Shown piece by piece: positions 1-11,183 of a stretch of DNA of 64,000 bases. Origin of the DNA: Octopus bimaculoides. Its lineage: Eukaryota. The position numbers and the translations under genes are program-made. Location of the stretch: the NCBI RefSeq assembly GCF_001194135.2, contig NC_069006.1, forward strand, positions 11,330,487-11,394,486, given 5' to 3'. Below the pieces are notes generated by a model. It saw nothing but the letters and a program-made list of their open reading frames with translations, searched no databases and was not told the DNA's origin. Numbering within the stretch: position 1 is the stretch's first letter; the number at the start of each line of letters is the position of its first letter.

Positions 1-501
1 TGTGTGTGTGTGTGTGTGTGTAGTTTGTTCATTTAAGTACATTATTGACATACATATATTTATATATATCATCATCCTCATCTTTTAATGTCCGCTTTCC
101 ATGCTAGCATGGGTTGGACAGTTTGACTGAGGACTGACAAGCCAGGAGGCTGCACCAGGCACCAATCTGATTTGGGAAGGTTTCTATAGCTGGATGCCCT
201 TCCTAATGCCAACCACCCTGAGAGTGTAGTCGATGCGTTTTATGTGCCACCAGCACAGGGGCCAGTCAGGCTTCACTGGTATCGACCACACTTGAATGCT
301 GCTTTTTACGTGCCACCAGAACGGGAGCCAGTCAGGCGGCACTGGCATCAACCATATATATATGCTGGTGGGATGTAAAAAGCACCATGCAAACGTGGAT
401 GATGCCACTCGGCCCTGACTGGCTCCAGTGCCAGTGGCATGTAAAAAGCACCATCCAAGTGTGATCGATGCCATGTCTGCCTGACTGGTTCCTGTGTCGG
501 T

Positions 502-834
502 GGGAGGCATAACATTGCCATCACTAGTGATCACTCCAAACACCATGATGTTGACTGGATGTTTGATTTTTATCACTCTCCATACATGTTTTGGGGACTC
601 AAATTGAGTCCCAATACTCTGAAATGTTTGTATTCGAGCTTCCAGCATGAATGCGAAGCAGTACAGAATGTCGATTCCAAATTTCTGGCAGAGTGAATTG
701 TGTCATGGTGCTATTTTTCTCACAGATGGTGCCCAACTGACCCTACTATACTATGTAGTCGACAAACTCAAAAACAAACAATGTGCATGTGCAAAATGAA
801 AGATATAAGATGGCGACAATTTACCCATCGCACC

Positions 835-837
<3 letters not shown>
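502..837 (-). mobile_element. Tc1/mariner transposase relic, interrupted by a SINE
   Basis: Minus-strand peptide KHPVNIMVFGVITSDGNVMPP; terminal CAGGGTG next to TA at 837-839. Confidence 0.6.
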
Positions 838-875
<38 letters not shown>

Positions 876-921
876 AGAATTTAAGGAATGGAGAAAACGC
901 ATGTTATAATTGCATACTTTA

Positions 922-1005
922 TTCCTACATATGTTTCAAAGGATTACAACCTGTGTGATCCATAGGGATCTTTGATATTAAAATTGTAACCTTCTCATCA
1001 GGGAA
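922..1005 (-). ncRNA. Minimal hammerhead ribozyme motif (left arm of palindrome)
   Basis: On the - strand: stem I TTCC/GGAA, CTGATGA core, stem II GAAGG-TTACAA/TTGTAA-T-CCTTT, GAAAC, palindromic stem III ACATATGT, GTA cleavage triplet. Confidence 0.7.
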
Positions 1006-1086
1006 AGCATGGGAATCATCTTAAACGTAAGACATTATGACCGATTATCGGTCATAATGTCTTACGTTTAAGATGATTCCCATGCT

Positions 1087-1170
1087 TTCTCTGATGAGAA
1101 GGTTACAATTTTAATATCAAAGATCCCTATGGATCACACAGGTTGTAATCCTTTGAAACATATGTAGGAA
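1087..1170 (+). ncRNA. Minimal hammerhead ribozyme motif (right arm of palindrome)
   Basis: CTGATGA 1091-1097, GAAAC 1155-1159, ATAT loop, GTA 1164-1166, stem I TTCT/GGAA with one G-U pair. Confidence 0.65.
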
Positions 1171-1374
1171 TAAAGTATGCAATTATAACATGCGTTTTCT
1201 CCATTCCTTAAATTCTTAAATATACTCAAATACCCAAAGTTTCAAGGAGTTCCTGCCTTAAAAACAGGAACTAAACCACTGTTATTTTGTGTTCTTTGCT
1301 ACATTGGTTTCTATTAACCCATTTATTCTATCAGAAGAATTTTTATTCATTAAGATAGAAGAAATACACATAAT

Positions 1375-1407
<33 letters not shown>

Positions 1408-4357
1408 TTGTGTGTGTGTGTATGTTAGCAGCTTGTATACTAAATATTCTTATGAATGCGCGTGTGTGTGTGTGTCTGTTTGAGCATCTGTCCGTGTACT
1501 GTTACATACTCTGCATAGTGAAGTGTGCGATGGAAGAGGTTAGGTTTCCTCTTCAGAATCAGGAAATACTTCAACATAGAACCAACATCGCCCATTCATT
1601 GCACATACACAAACCAATGTTATATCAAATAACAGACACACAGACACACACACTTACACAAATCAGCCCACACATATAAATAATAACAAGAACCCACAAA
1701 CAAATAACTGGAAGACTTTAGCCCTACCCTTGCCCTCGCTTTACTCTGACCGACACATACACTCCCACATACTAAAACTTTAACCAACATAGACACATAC
1801 TAACATAAGAGAGAGAGACACACACACACACATACATATATATGACAGACTTCTTTCAGTTTCCGTGTATAAAATGCACTCACAAAGTTTTTGTTGAACC
1901 CATGTTCAATGTGCTACATCAGTGATTCCCAACCTGGGGTCCGGAGACCCCTGGTGGTCTGCAAAGGTAGTACTGGGGGTCCATGAACTAAATTCAAAAT
2001 CTCATGTATANNNNNNNNNNNNNNNNNNNNNNNNNNNNNNNNNNNNNNNNNNNNNNNNNNNNNNNNNNNNNNNNNNNNNNNNNNNNNNNNNNNNNNNNNN
2101 NNNNNNNNNNNNNNNNNNNNNNNNNNNNNNNNNNNNNNNNNNNNNNNNNNNNNNNNNNNNNNNNNNNNNNNNNNNNNNNNNNNNNNNNNNNNNNNNNNNN
2201 NNNNNNNNNNNNNNNNNNNNNNNNNNNNNNNNNNNNNNNNNNNNNNNNNNNNNNNNNNNNNNNNNNNNNNNNNNNNNNNNNNNNNNNNNNNNNNNNNNNN
2301 NNNNNNNNNNNNNNNNNNNNNNNNNNNNNNNNNNNNNNNNNNNNNNNNNNNNNNNNNNNNNNNNNNNNNNNNNNNNNNNNNNNNNNNNNNNNNNNNNNNN
2401 NNNNNNNNNNNNNNNNNNNNNNNNNNNNNNNNNNNNNNNNNNNNNNNNNNNNNNNNNNNNNNNNNNNNNNNNNNNNNNNNNNNNNNNNNNNNNNNNNNNN
2501 NNNNNNNNNNNNNNNNNNNNNNNNNNNNNNNNNNNNNNNNNNNNNNNNNNNNNNNNNNNNNNNNNNNNNNNNNNNNNNNNNNNNNNNNNNNNNNNNNNNN
2601 NNNNNNNNNNNNNNNNNNNNNNNNNNNNNNNNNNNNNNNNNNNNNNNNNNNAGTGAGAGTGGAAGGTTGACCTAGACCTAGCCCTCTGCAGAAAGGTGAA
2701 GCTGTTGGAGGAGGAGGAGTGTCCATGTTTTGCAGTTTTCTGTAGAACCCGGATGCACAGGGACAAAGAACAAATACTTTCCCAAAGTGACGCAACATAG
2801 CGGTTCTTTTGCAAAGAAAAGCAAAACAAAAGAACCAGGCGTTCCTTGAAACAGCTTTTTTGGGTGTAACTCGGCAAAAATGCAAAAAGATGATGTTTCA
2901 CAGTATTTCATAAATCTGTTGCAAGTTAAATAAAAGAATATTAACCAAAAATAGTTTTGAACTATTGTTGAGTCATCTGTACTGTTCATGTGAGATTTGG
3001 AAGAATTTGACCAAAAATGAGGGATTTAAGGGCAAAAAAAAACAGTTTTCTACTCAGTTTTTCACAATTGTTGGTCAAACACAGATGAATTCTGTGCATA
3101 TCGGAGTCTCCTAACATTATCCTTAGGATGAGCAAATAGTGTGTAAAGTTTGAACACAATCCACCGAAGCAGTGAGAAGTTCTTGAAGATTTAATTAAAG
3201 GGGAAAAAAGTGTATAAAATCGATTTATTCACAGTTTTTCAAGGTTTTTTTATCGCACAAGGATGCCTTTGAACATAGAACAGATACTTGATAGAACCGC
3301 CATTACATGGTGGTTTTTGTAGCCATAAAAACCAAAGAAATTGGACTTTCCAGTAAAAAGTTTTCTACCATGTAACTTTGCAAGAATGCAAAAAATTGAT
3401 TTTTTTTCAAAGTTTCTCCGCAATTTTCTTGGGAATCAGAGGCCCCAAGGCAGTACCAAAATATGTCTGAAATGTCGCAACATGACAGTTCTTTTAACAC
3501 CAAAATTATAAAAATCGGTTGTTCCTGTAAAAAATTTTCTCACGTGCAACNNNNNNNNNNNNNNNNNNNNNNNNNNNNNNNNNNNNNNNNNNNNNNNNNN
3601 NNNNNNNNNNNNNNNNNNNNNNNNNNNNNNNNNNNNNNNNNNNNNNNNNNNNNNNNNNNNNNNNNNNNNNNNNNNNNNNNNNNNNNNNNNNNNNNNNNNN
3701 NNNNNNNNNNNNNNNNNNNNNNNNNNNNNNNNNNNNNNNNNNNNNNNNNNNNNNNNNNNNNNNNNNNNNNNNNNNNNNNNNNNNNNNNNNNNNNNNNNNN
3801 NNNNNNNNNNNNNNNNNNNNNNNNNNNNNNNNNNNNNNNNNNNNNNNNNNNNNNNNNNNNNNNNNNNNNNNNNNNNNNNNNNNNNNNNNNNNNNNNNNNN
3901 NNNNNNNNNNNNNNNNNNNNNNNNNNNNNNNNNNNNNNNNNNNNNNNNNNNNNNNNNNNNNNNNNNNNNNNNNNNNNNNNNNNNNNNNNNNGGCCATTGC
4001 CAGTACCGCCTGACTGGCCTTCATGCTGGTGGCATATAAAAGCATCTACCACATTCTCGGAGCGGTTGGCATTAGGAAGGGCATCCAGCTGTAGAAACTC
4101 TGCCAAATCAGATTGGAGCCTGGTGTAGCCATCTGGTTCGCCAGTCCTCAGTCAAATCATCCAACCCATGCTAGCATGGAAAGCGGACGTTAAACAATGA
4201 TGATGATGATGATGATAGATATATGCATACACATGCACACACACACATACATATATTGTAACTGTAATGTAGTCATCCAACAGGATCCTTTAATTTAAAG
4301 TTCCATGGCCAATTTCATCCAACCAAAATTCACTCTTTTAAATATTCTTTAGATATT

Positions 4358-4586
4358 TAACCCTTTAGCATTTAAAACTGGCCATATCTGGCCCAATTAT
4401 TCTACCTGTTTTATGTTTTGAACTCACTAGATCTGGCCTCTCACACCTACCCTACAATATCACTCTACAAAAATACAAATCACATCATTGAAATCTTGAA
4501 AATAAAAGATAATGCATGATTAATTCAAAACAACATGAATAAATAAGCATTAAATTTGACAGAGTAATCTGAATGCTAAAGGGTTA
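4358..4586. mobile_element. piggyBac-like MITE (TTAA-CCCTTT...AAAGGG-TTAA). Related copies at about 16410-16640, 20744-20965, 42568-42792 and 55811-56340 (SINE-split); other TTAA MITEs at about 30083-30313, 37248-37477 and 39460-39745
   Basis: Terminal inverted repeats CCCTTTAGCATT/AATGCTAAAGGG flanked by TTAA; shared internal sequence among copies. Confidence 0.75.
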
Positions 4587-5469
4587 AAAAGAAACCCAGA
4601 GAAACAACTTGTGAAATTTCAAATATCAGATGGATGGATGAAGTAGTGGACAGACAGACAAACATATAGACATAGAGAAAGAAAGATGGGCAAACAGACA
4701 GACAGAGAGGAAGGCAGGCAGATGGACAAATGGATAAACAGGGCCCATATGTATTTTGAGAATCTAACTTAATATAAACTTGCATTCCATCCAGGACAGT
4801 ACAATCTCTCATCCAATTCATGTCATGAGAGAAGAGTCCACACAACAATTCACAGATGTTTATGCTGTGTTAGATATAATACAAGTAGCAGAACAGGATA
4901 ACAATATTGACAACCATCCCTACACACTCCTCACACTGAGGAATGATTATGTTCAACTGAAGAGGTTTAATAAGACTGAAACCTGCCCAGTGTTACCTCC
5001 TCTTGCTAGACTAATTAAAATAAAATTAGTCAATGAATTAATGTAGCCTGTCTCTTCAACACATTAGTACTAATGTTATCATTTAGCCAGATCAACCCTG
5101 ATCCAGCAGGTCTATGTTCAAAGACATTCTAACCATGACCATCCCTTCTTTCTTGTTTTAACACATTCAATACCAACTACCTTTGATTCTAAAGATTGAA
5201 AGTCATCTAAATTAAATCCTTGCATCGAAAATTCATGTTCATGTTCCAAACACTAGTTTGGAAATGACAAAATTAAAGGCAGAGTATTTTCGCAGAAATA
5301 TGGTAAGTAGAGGGTTGAAGTCATCTAAATTAAAACCTTCCTTCAAAATTTCATGTTAATTTATGTTCCAAACACCAACTTAACAATGACAAAATTGTTT
5401 CACTAAATTCTCCATTATTTTCAAAATTACTTGAAAGTAAAATACCAGAAAGCATATAGTACAAGCTTC

Positions 5470-6125
5470 CTCTCAGAGGTTGTGAAGTGGGAAAATTGAA
5501 TGACCCTGCATGTGTACTCTGCCAAGATAAACAAACAATGGAACAGTTCTTGGGCTCATGCAGAGTGGCCCTATCTCAAGGGAAGTACACATGGCAACAG
5601 AAGCAAGTGCTCAAAGAGATCTTACAATGGGACTTGTGCTGCAAGAGAGAAAACAATGCCATCAGAAACTCCATTAGTGTTCTACACAGCAGGGAGTGAA
5701 AAACTGTGGCCTAGAACAGCTGTTCCAATTGGATGACTGGGAGTGCACATTAGGCCTTCCAGAATGGAAATATCATCCAGACATCATCAGAAAGAGACCA
5801 GACGTTGTACTCACCACACTTCCTACAAAACAAACAATCCTGATTGAAGTCACTGTGCCATAGAAGAGCAGAATGGAGGAAGTTCATATCTGCAAGACTG
5901 AAAAATATGAGTTTAACTATTAGACGAAGAGGATCTGGCTGCCAAACCAAAGTCCATGCCATGGAGGAGGGTGCAAGAAGGTTTGCGGGCAAATCTGCCA
6001 ATGATCTCATAAAGTGACACTCAATTTCTGAGAGAGAGAGAGAGAACCAAAGTTCTTAAGGTAACAACAAAAGCAGCTGAGAAGAGAATTCCAGCTGTAT
6101 CTGATCAAGAAAGAATGGAAGTGAA
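5470..6125 (+). mobile_element. Decayed non-LTR retrotransposon 3' end with restriction-like endonuclease (HERO/R2-type)
   Basis: CVLCQ..TMEQFLGSCRVALSQGKYTW zinc-knuckle region, RPDVV...ILIEVTVP*KSRMEE...KTEKYE (PD-(D/E)xK), then GARRFAGKS; stops and frameshifts present. Confidence 0.75.
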
Positions 6126-6245
6126 TTTCAAACAAAATAATTTACTCTACAGTCAACCTGGTGTTTCAGACTGAACTGGTTATGACATCCAAGGTACCTT
6201 GGCTTTGGATGTACTTTAACCATCCAAGAGAATTACAATGTAGAC

Positions 6246-6618
6246 TGGTGTTTCTCAACCTTTTAACCCCTTCGTAACCCTTAAAATAAATTACATGTCT
6301 CAAGGAACCCCTGCACATAAACGATTATATACCATATCTTTCTCATGTTTTTTTATCATATTTCACGTGGTACATATATATATATATATAGGGTGTCCAT
6401 AAATTACAGACATTGCTAAATATATCCCCAATGGTTGTTATATTTTTTTTGATAACATAATAGGTTAGATAGGATGATGTCTATATTACAATATTACAAT
6501 AACCAATAATATGTTGTGCATGTTTAGTAATATTGCAATCATGAAATTAGCATTAGCTTATCTCACTCTTTCTCACTGAAACCCTGGGGTTTCAGGGAAC
6601 CCTGGTTGAGAAACACTG
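6246..6618. mobile_element. hAT-like MITE with 8-bp target site duplication
   Basis: TIR GTGTTTCTCAACC/GGTTGAGAAACAC; TSD ATGTAGAC at 6238-6245 and 6619-6626. Confidence 0.85.
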
Positions 6619-6627
6619 ATGTAGACA

Positions 6628-6998
6628 GAAGCAAGACCTTCGAACATTGGGCCTCACCGAGGCGATGACTACTGACCGAGACCTTTGGAAATGTGCTGTG
6701 CGTGAGAAGACCCGGCAAGCCAAGTGAGATCGTTGCCAGGGCCCCTGGACTGGCTCTTGTGCGGGTGGCACATAAAAGACACCATTTCGAGCATGGCCAT
6801 TTTCGTGCGGGTGACACGTAAAAGCACCCACTACACTCTGAGTGGTTGGCGTTAGGAAGGGCATCCAGCTGTAGAAACTCTGCCAAATTAGATTGGAGCC
6901 TGGTGTTGCCATCCGGTTTCACCAGTCCTCAGTCAAATCATCCAACCCATGCTAGCATGGAAAGCCGACGTTAAACGATGATGATGATGATGATGATG
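6628..6998 (+). mobile_element. SINE-like element with RTE-type 3' tail ending in (GAT)n; representative of dozens of copies (e.g. about 90-480 -, 4034-4217 +, 19768-20217 +, 56030-56320 -)
   Basis: Recurring ...GGAAGGGCATCCAGCTGTAGAAAC...GCATGGAAAGCGGACGTTAAACGATGATGATG motif. Confidence 0.85.
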
Positions 6999-7534
6999 TA
7001 GCAGGAGAGGGATATCCAAGAGTTATGAGCTGGATATGAGTCCAACCCCCTTAGAACGTAAAGAGTTAAGGGCTGAAACGTGTGTGTGTGTGTGTGTGTG
7101 TGTGTTGGGGGGACATCTCTGAAAAACCTTCTGTTGTTCAGCTCTCCCTAGAGTTCATTACAACTTTGTATATAAATAAATAAGTATAAACATATGCGTG
7201 TATGAATGTATGGAGATATATATATATATGCATGAGTGAGTTTGTAAGAAGACGTGTTGATAGTATATGTATGCCTCTGTAAACAGATGTTAATGTGTGT
7301 GATATAATACCTGATGTAGGTATGTATTGCTACCTGTGTGTGTGTGTGTTGTAGAATAAGAAATAGAAAATCCCACAGTAGCATTCACCCCAAAATGGGA
7401 CTGCCACATTAGGTTGGCAAAAATATCGTTACCATTATATATTTGAAAAATATAATAATTTATAAATATTTAATTATTAAAGTGGAAAAAAATATCAGAA
7501 AAGCCATTTCTATTTAATCTTTTCATATATATAT

Positions 7535-7574
<40 letters not shown>

Positions 7575-8334
7575 NNNNNNNNNNNNNNNNNNNNNNNNNN
7601 NNNNNNNNNNNNNNNNNNNNNNNNNNNNNNNNNNNNNNNNNNNNNNNNNNNNNNNNNNNNNNTATATATGGTGTAGCCATCTGGTTTCACCAGTCCTCAG
7701 TCAAATCGTCCAACCCATGCTAGCATGGAAGGCGGACGTTAAACGACGATGATGATGATATATATATATACCAGGGTGAAATGTGGATGGTGGTATAGCT
7801 GGAAATGTATGGTAGGAAAGGGGATTTCGTGTGACAGAGGGAAGAGCTATAGTTGGTATGATAGGAAAGGTAGTGGGGTTTAGTGTGGGTGGGATGTGAG
7901 GCTGGAAGGTGTTGGCATGAAGGTAAAAAAGAATTAGAAACATGGGGATTGTGGTGGTGGGGGGAGCCTTGAAAAAAGAAGTGTTTATGCAACAGGGAAG
8001 ATGTAGGGAGTTGCAGAAACAGGGAAGATGTTGGGACTTGGAGTGAGGAGAAAGAAAGAGGGAGAGTGGGAGGGAAGGAAGGACAGTCAGGGGTTGTTAT
8101 ATAGTAAGGATAACAAGCAGCAAACATGATGTTTACCATAAATTTATGTATGTCTGTATAAATGTATATGCATGTATATATGCATGCGTGTATATATATA
8201 GGTATATGTGTGTATGTGTATGCACATATGCATAGGTGCTTGTGTGGATATTCGTGTACGTGCTTGCATGGGTGCATATGCATGTGTAAATTTTTATGCC
8301 TGTGTATATGTGTGCATGTGTGTGTATATGTGTG

Positions 8335-8369
<35 letters not shown>

Positions 8370-8743
8370 CAGACCAGGACTTAGCTGGGACTAAACAACA
8401 ACAACAACAAAAAGGACACATTAGATACTGTACTCCTAGATACACTATGTCTGAATAAAAGATGGGTGGGTCACGGCTGGAATATCTTCTTCATCATAGA
8501 TCTGTTGACCTGGGGTTAAACAACAACAACAAAACAAAGAACATAGTCTTTGACACACTGTGTCTAAATGAAAGATGGAATAGTCATGGCTGGAATACAT
8601 CTGATCAGAGGCCTACTAGATCATGGTTGACCTAGGATTAAACACCATAGCCACCAAATCAGTGAATCGTGTACAGTTTTTCTGCTGACTTCCTTTGCAC
8701 CTTATGCCTGCTTCCAGTATATTTTTTTACCATTTCTGACGAA

Positions 8744-9135
8744 ACCCCAGCCAGATATTTCAAGGTGGGAGTTCCGTTATATATCTTCCGTATGAAACAG
8801 CCTTCATTCAAATATGTTCATGACAAATCAACACTATGTTACAAAGCCTCCATGTGTGATGGTCCCCAGCCAAATATTTCAACATACAACCAACCTATGA
8901 TACATATCATTGCATATATGATAATCCCCATTCAAATATTTCATGATATAACCAACCTCACATGATTTATTCCTCCATGTATGGCAAACCCTAGTCAAAT
9001 ATCCAACGTATAGCCAGCCCCATGTAACATATTCTTCCATGTACAACACTCCCCAGTCAAATATTTTAATATGTAGCTATCCCCATGTTATATATCCCAT
9101 GAAAGATAATCCCCAGTCAAATATTTCATGTTATA
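8744..9135. repeat. Degenerate minisatellite, about 7 units of 60-63 bp
   Basis: CCCCAGTCAAATATTT-like anchor recurs about every 60-63 nt. Confidence 0.65.
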
Positions 9136-11149
9136 ACTAACTCCCAGCTAATTGTTTTTAAAGTTTTTAATGTCATCCATATAAACATCAAGACGAGTGT
9201 TGTAAGCTGACAATCTTGCATAACAATATGGATTATGTCAGTGGTACATATACAGTGTGAAGGTAGCACACACATATAAACACACACAATTTTATACACA
9301 CGTACACACATACACGTTACTAAATATACACTCCATGACAACATGCACATACACGTACATAATTAAACACAAACATACATTAGTAACACAACAGTAATAT
9401 ACATATACACAAATCATTACAAAACAATATACAGATATCAGTACGTGATGATACACACATATATAGACGACTACATAACTACATATACACACGCATATGA
9501 TTACATACTAACACACATGTACATAATTCAGACCATGAGAGAGGGGGTGGAGAATGAGGACCAGACGCAGAGAGAGTGAGAGACAATCAGACACAGAGAG
9601 AGTGAAAGACAGGGAGACAGACAGAGAGGGTACAAGGAAGAGAAGAATGGGTATTTCGTAAAGGGCAACTGTAGAGGGGTAGTAAGAGATAAAGAGAGCC
9701 AGACATAACTTACCCCTTCCCTCTCTATCTTCTATGTAAACTCCAGAAACTTCTCCCTCCCCCACCACCACCATTAATGACACTCAAGGGGCTGAGCCCC
9801 TACACGACCACTCAAGTGGCTAGAAATAGCAGCCAAATCTCCTCCTCCAAATCTTGGACAATTGGACAGTGCGGTGTGAAAATGACATTTGAAAAACAAA
9901 CATGGTCAAGATTCAAACATCTTTAGGCGTGGTTATGTGGTAAGAAGCTTGCTTCCAAACCACATGGTTCCGGATTCAGTCCCACTGCGTGACACCTTCA
10001 GCTAGTGTCTTCTCCCATAGCCTGGGGCCGACCAAAGCCTTGTGAGTGGATTTGGTAAACGGAAACTGAAAGAAGCCCGTCGTATGTACACATTATGTAT
10101 GTCTTTGTGTCCGACGACCGCTTAACAACCAGTGTTGGTGTTTTTACGTCCCCGTAAATTAGCGTTTCGGCAAAGACACCAACAGAATAAGTACTAGGCT
10201 TTAAAAAAAAGGCCCTAGTGTTGATTTGTTCGGCTAAAACCCTTCAAAGCGGGGCTCCAGCATGGCTGCAGTCAAATGACTGAAACAAGTCAAAGATTAA
10301 AAGATTGAATATATATATATATATACATGCATACATACATCACACACACACACACACACTGAGTATGCATGTGTATATGCATGTTTACAAACATATACGT
10401 GTGTATACACACACACACATATATATATATATCGTCAATGTATGATATATCCGAAAAAGAAGTACACTCAACTAAATTAATTTTAAGATAGATAGATAGA
10501 TAGATAGATAAATAGTACATACATACATACACACACACACGCACACACACATACGTGTGAGTGTGAAGTTGTAAACTTTCCAAACCGTTACTTTTCTGTA
10601 ATACATTTTTCTTGCATTTTTCCAATGTAAGATTATATTAAAAAACTGGCCGTCCTTGTTCTACTCCTCATCGTCGCCCGGAAAATCGGAATCGTGAAAC
10701 TCAGTAATAAGAGTTAGTGCTGTTTTCAGCTTCCAATAACTGTAACTCAACATTTCGTATTGCGTACTCCTTTTACCTCCTAATTGCGCAATTTCTATGC
10801 TAAAACATAAATACACAGGCAGAATTTTAGAATAACTGTCCCTCGAAGTTCCAAACCTCTTGAGAAAAGGGTAGTGTTTATTTTTTTATTTTTTTCATTT
10901 TTAATATTCCTCTTTCATACAAGAGTTGGTTTGGGTTGGTGGGTTTTTTACGCCGATAATTTCGATGACTTTTTAAAAACTATTTTTGCCCTTCTTGCGC
11001 CAGCTACTTCTGTCCGTTTCCTTTCCCATGTGTAATATGTGGGACTTTGACGGGCAGCTATTTCAAAACTCTGCGCCCCTCCACACACACATATATACAT
11101 ATAAATACATGAACATATGTATACATAAATGTATAAGTACATACACACA

Positions 11150-11183
<34 letters not shown>

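Noticed and set aside
230-480. Regularly spaced ~55-bp units (TGCCAC...GCCAGTCAGG...CACTGG), also near 57400-57560, superficially CRISPR-like
   Set aside because: They are internal tandem subunits of a common SINE; the spacers are not unique, there are no cas genes and the context is eukaryotic.
10948-11148. Minus-strand ORF that could splice in frame to the 10799 candidate exon
   Set aside because: The donor (GC|GTAAAA) is weak, the ORF starts in a microsatellite and the peptide is unrecognisable.
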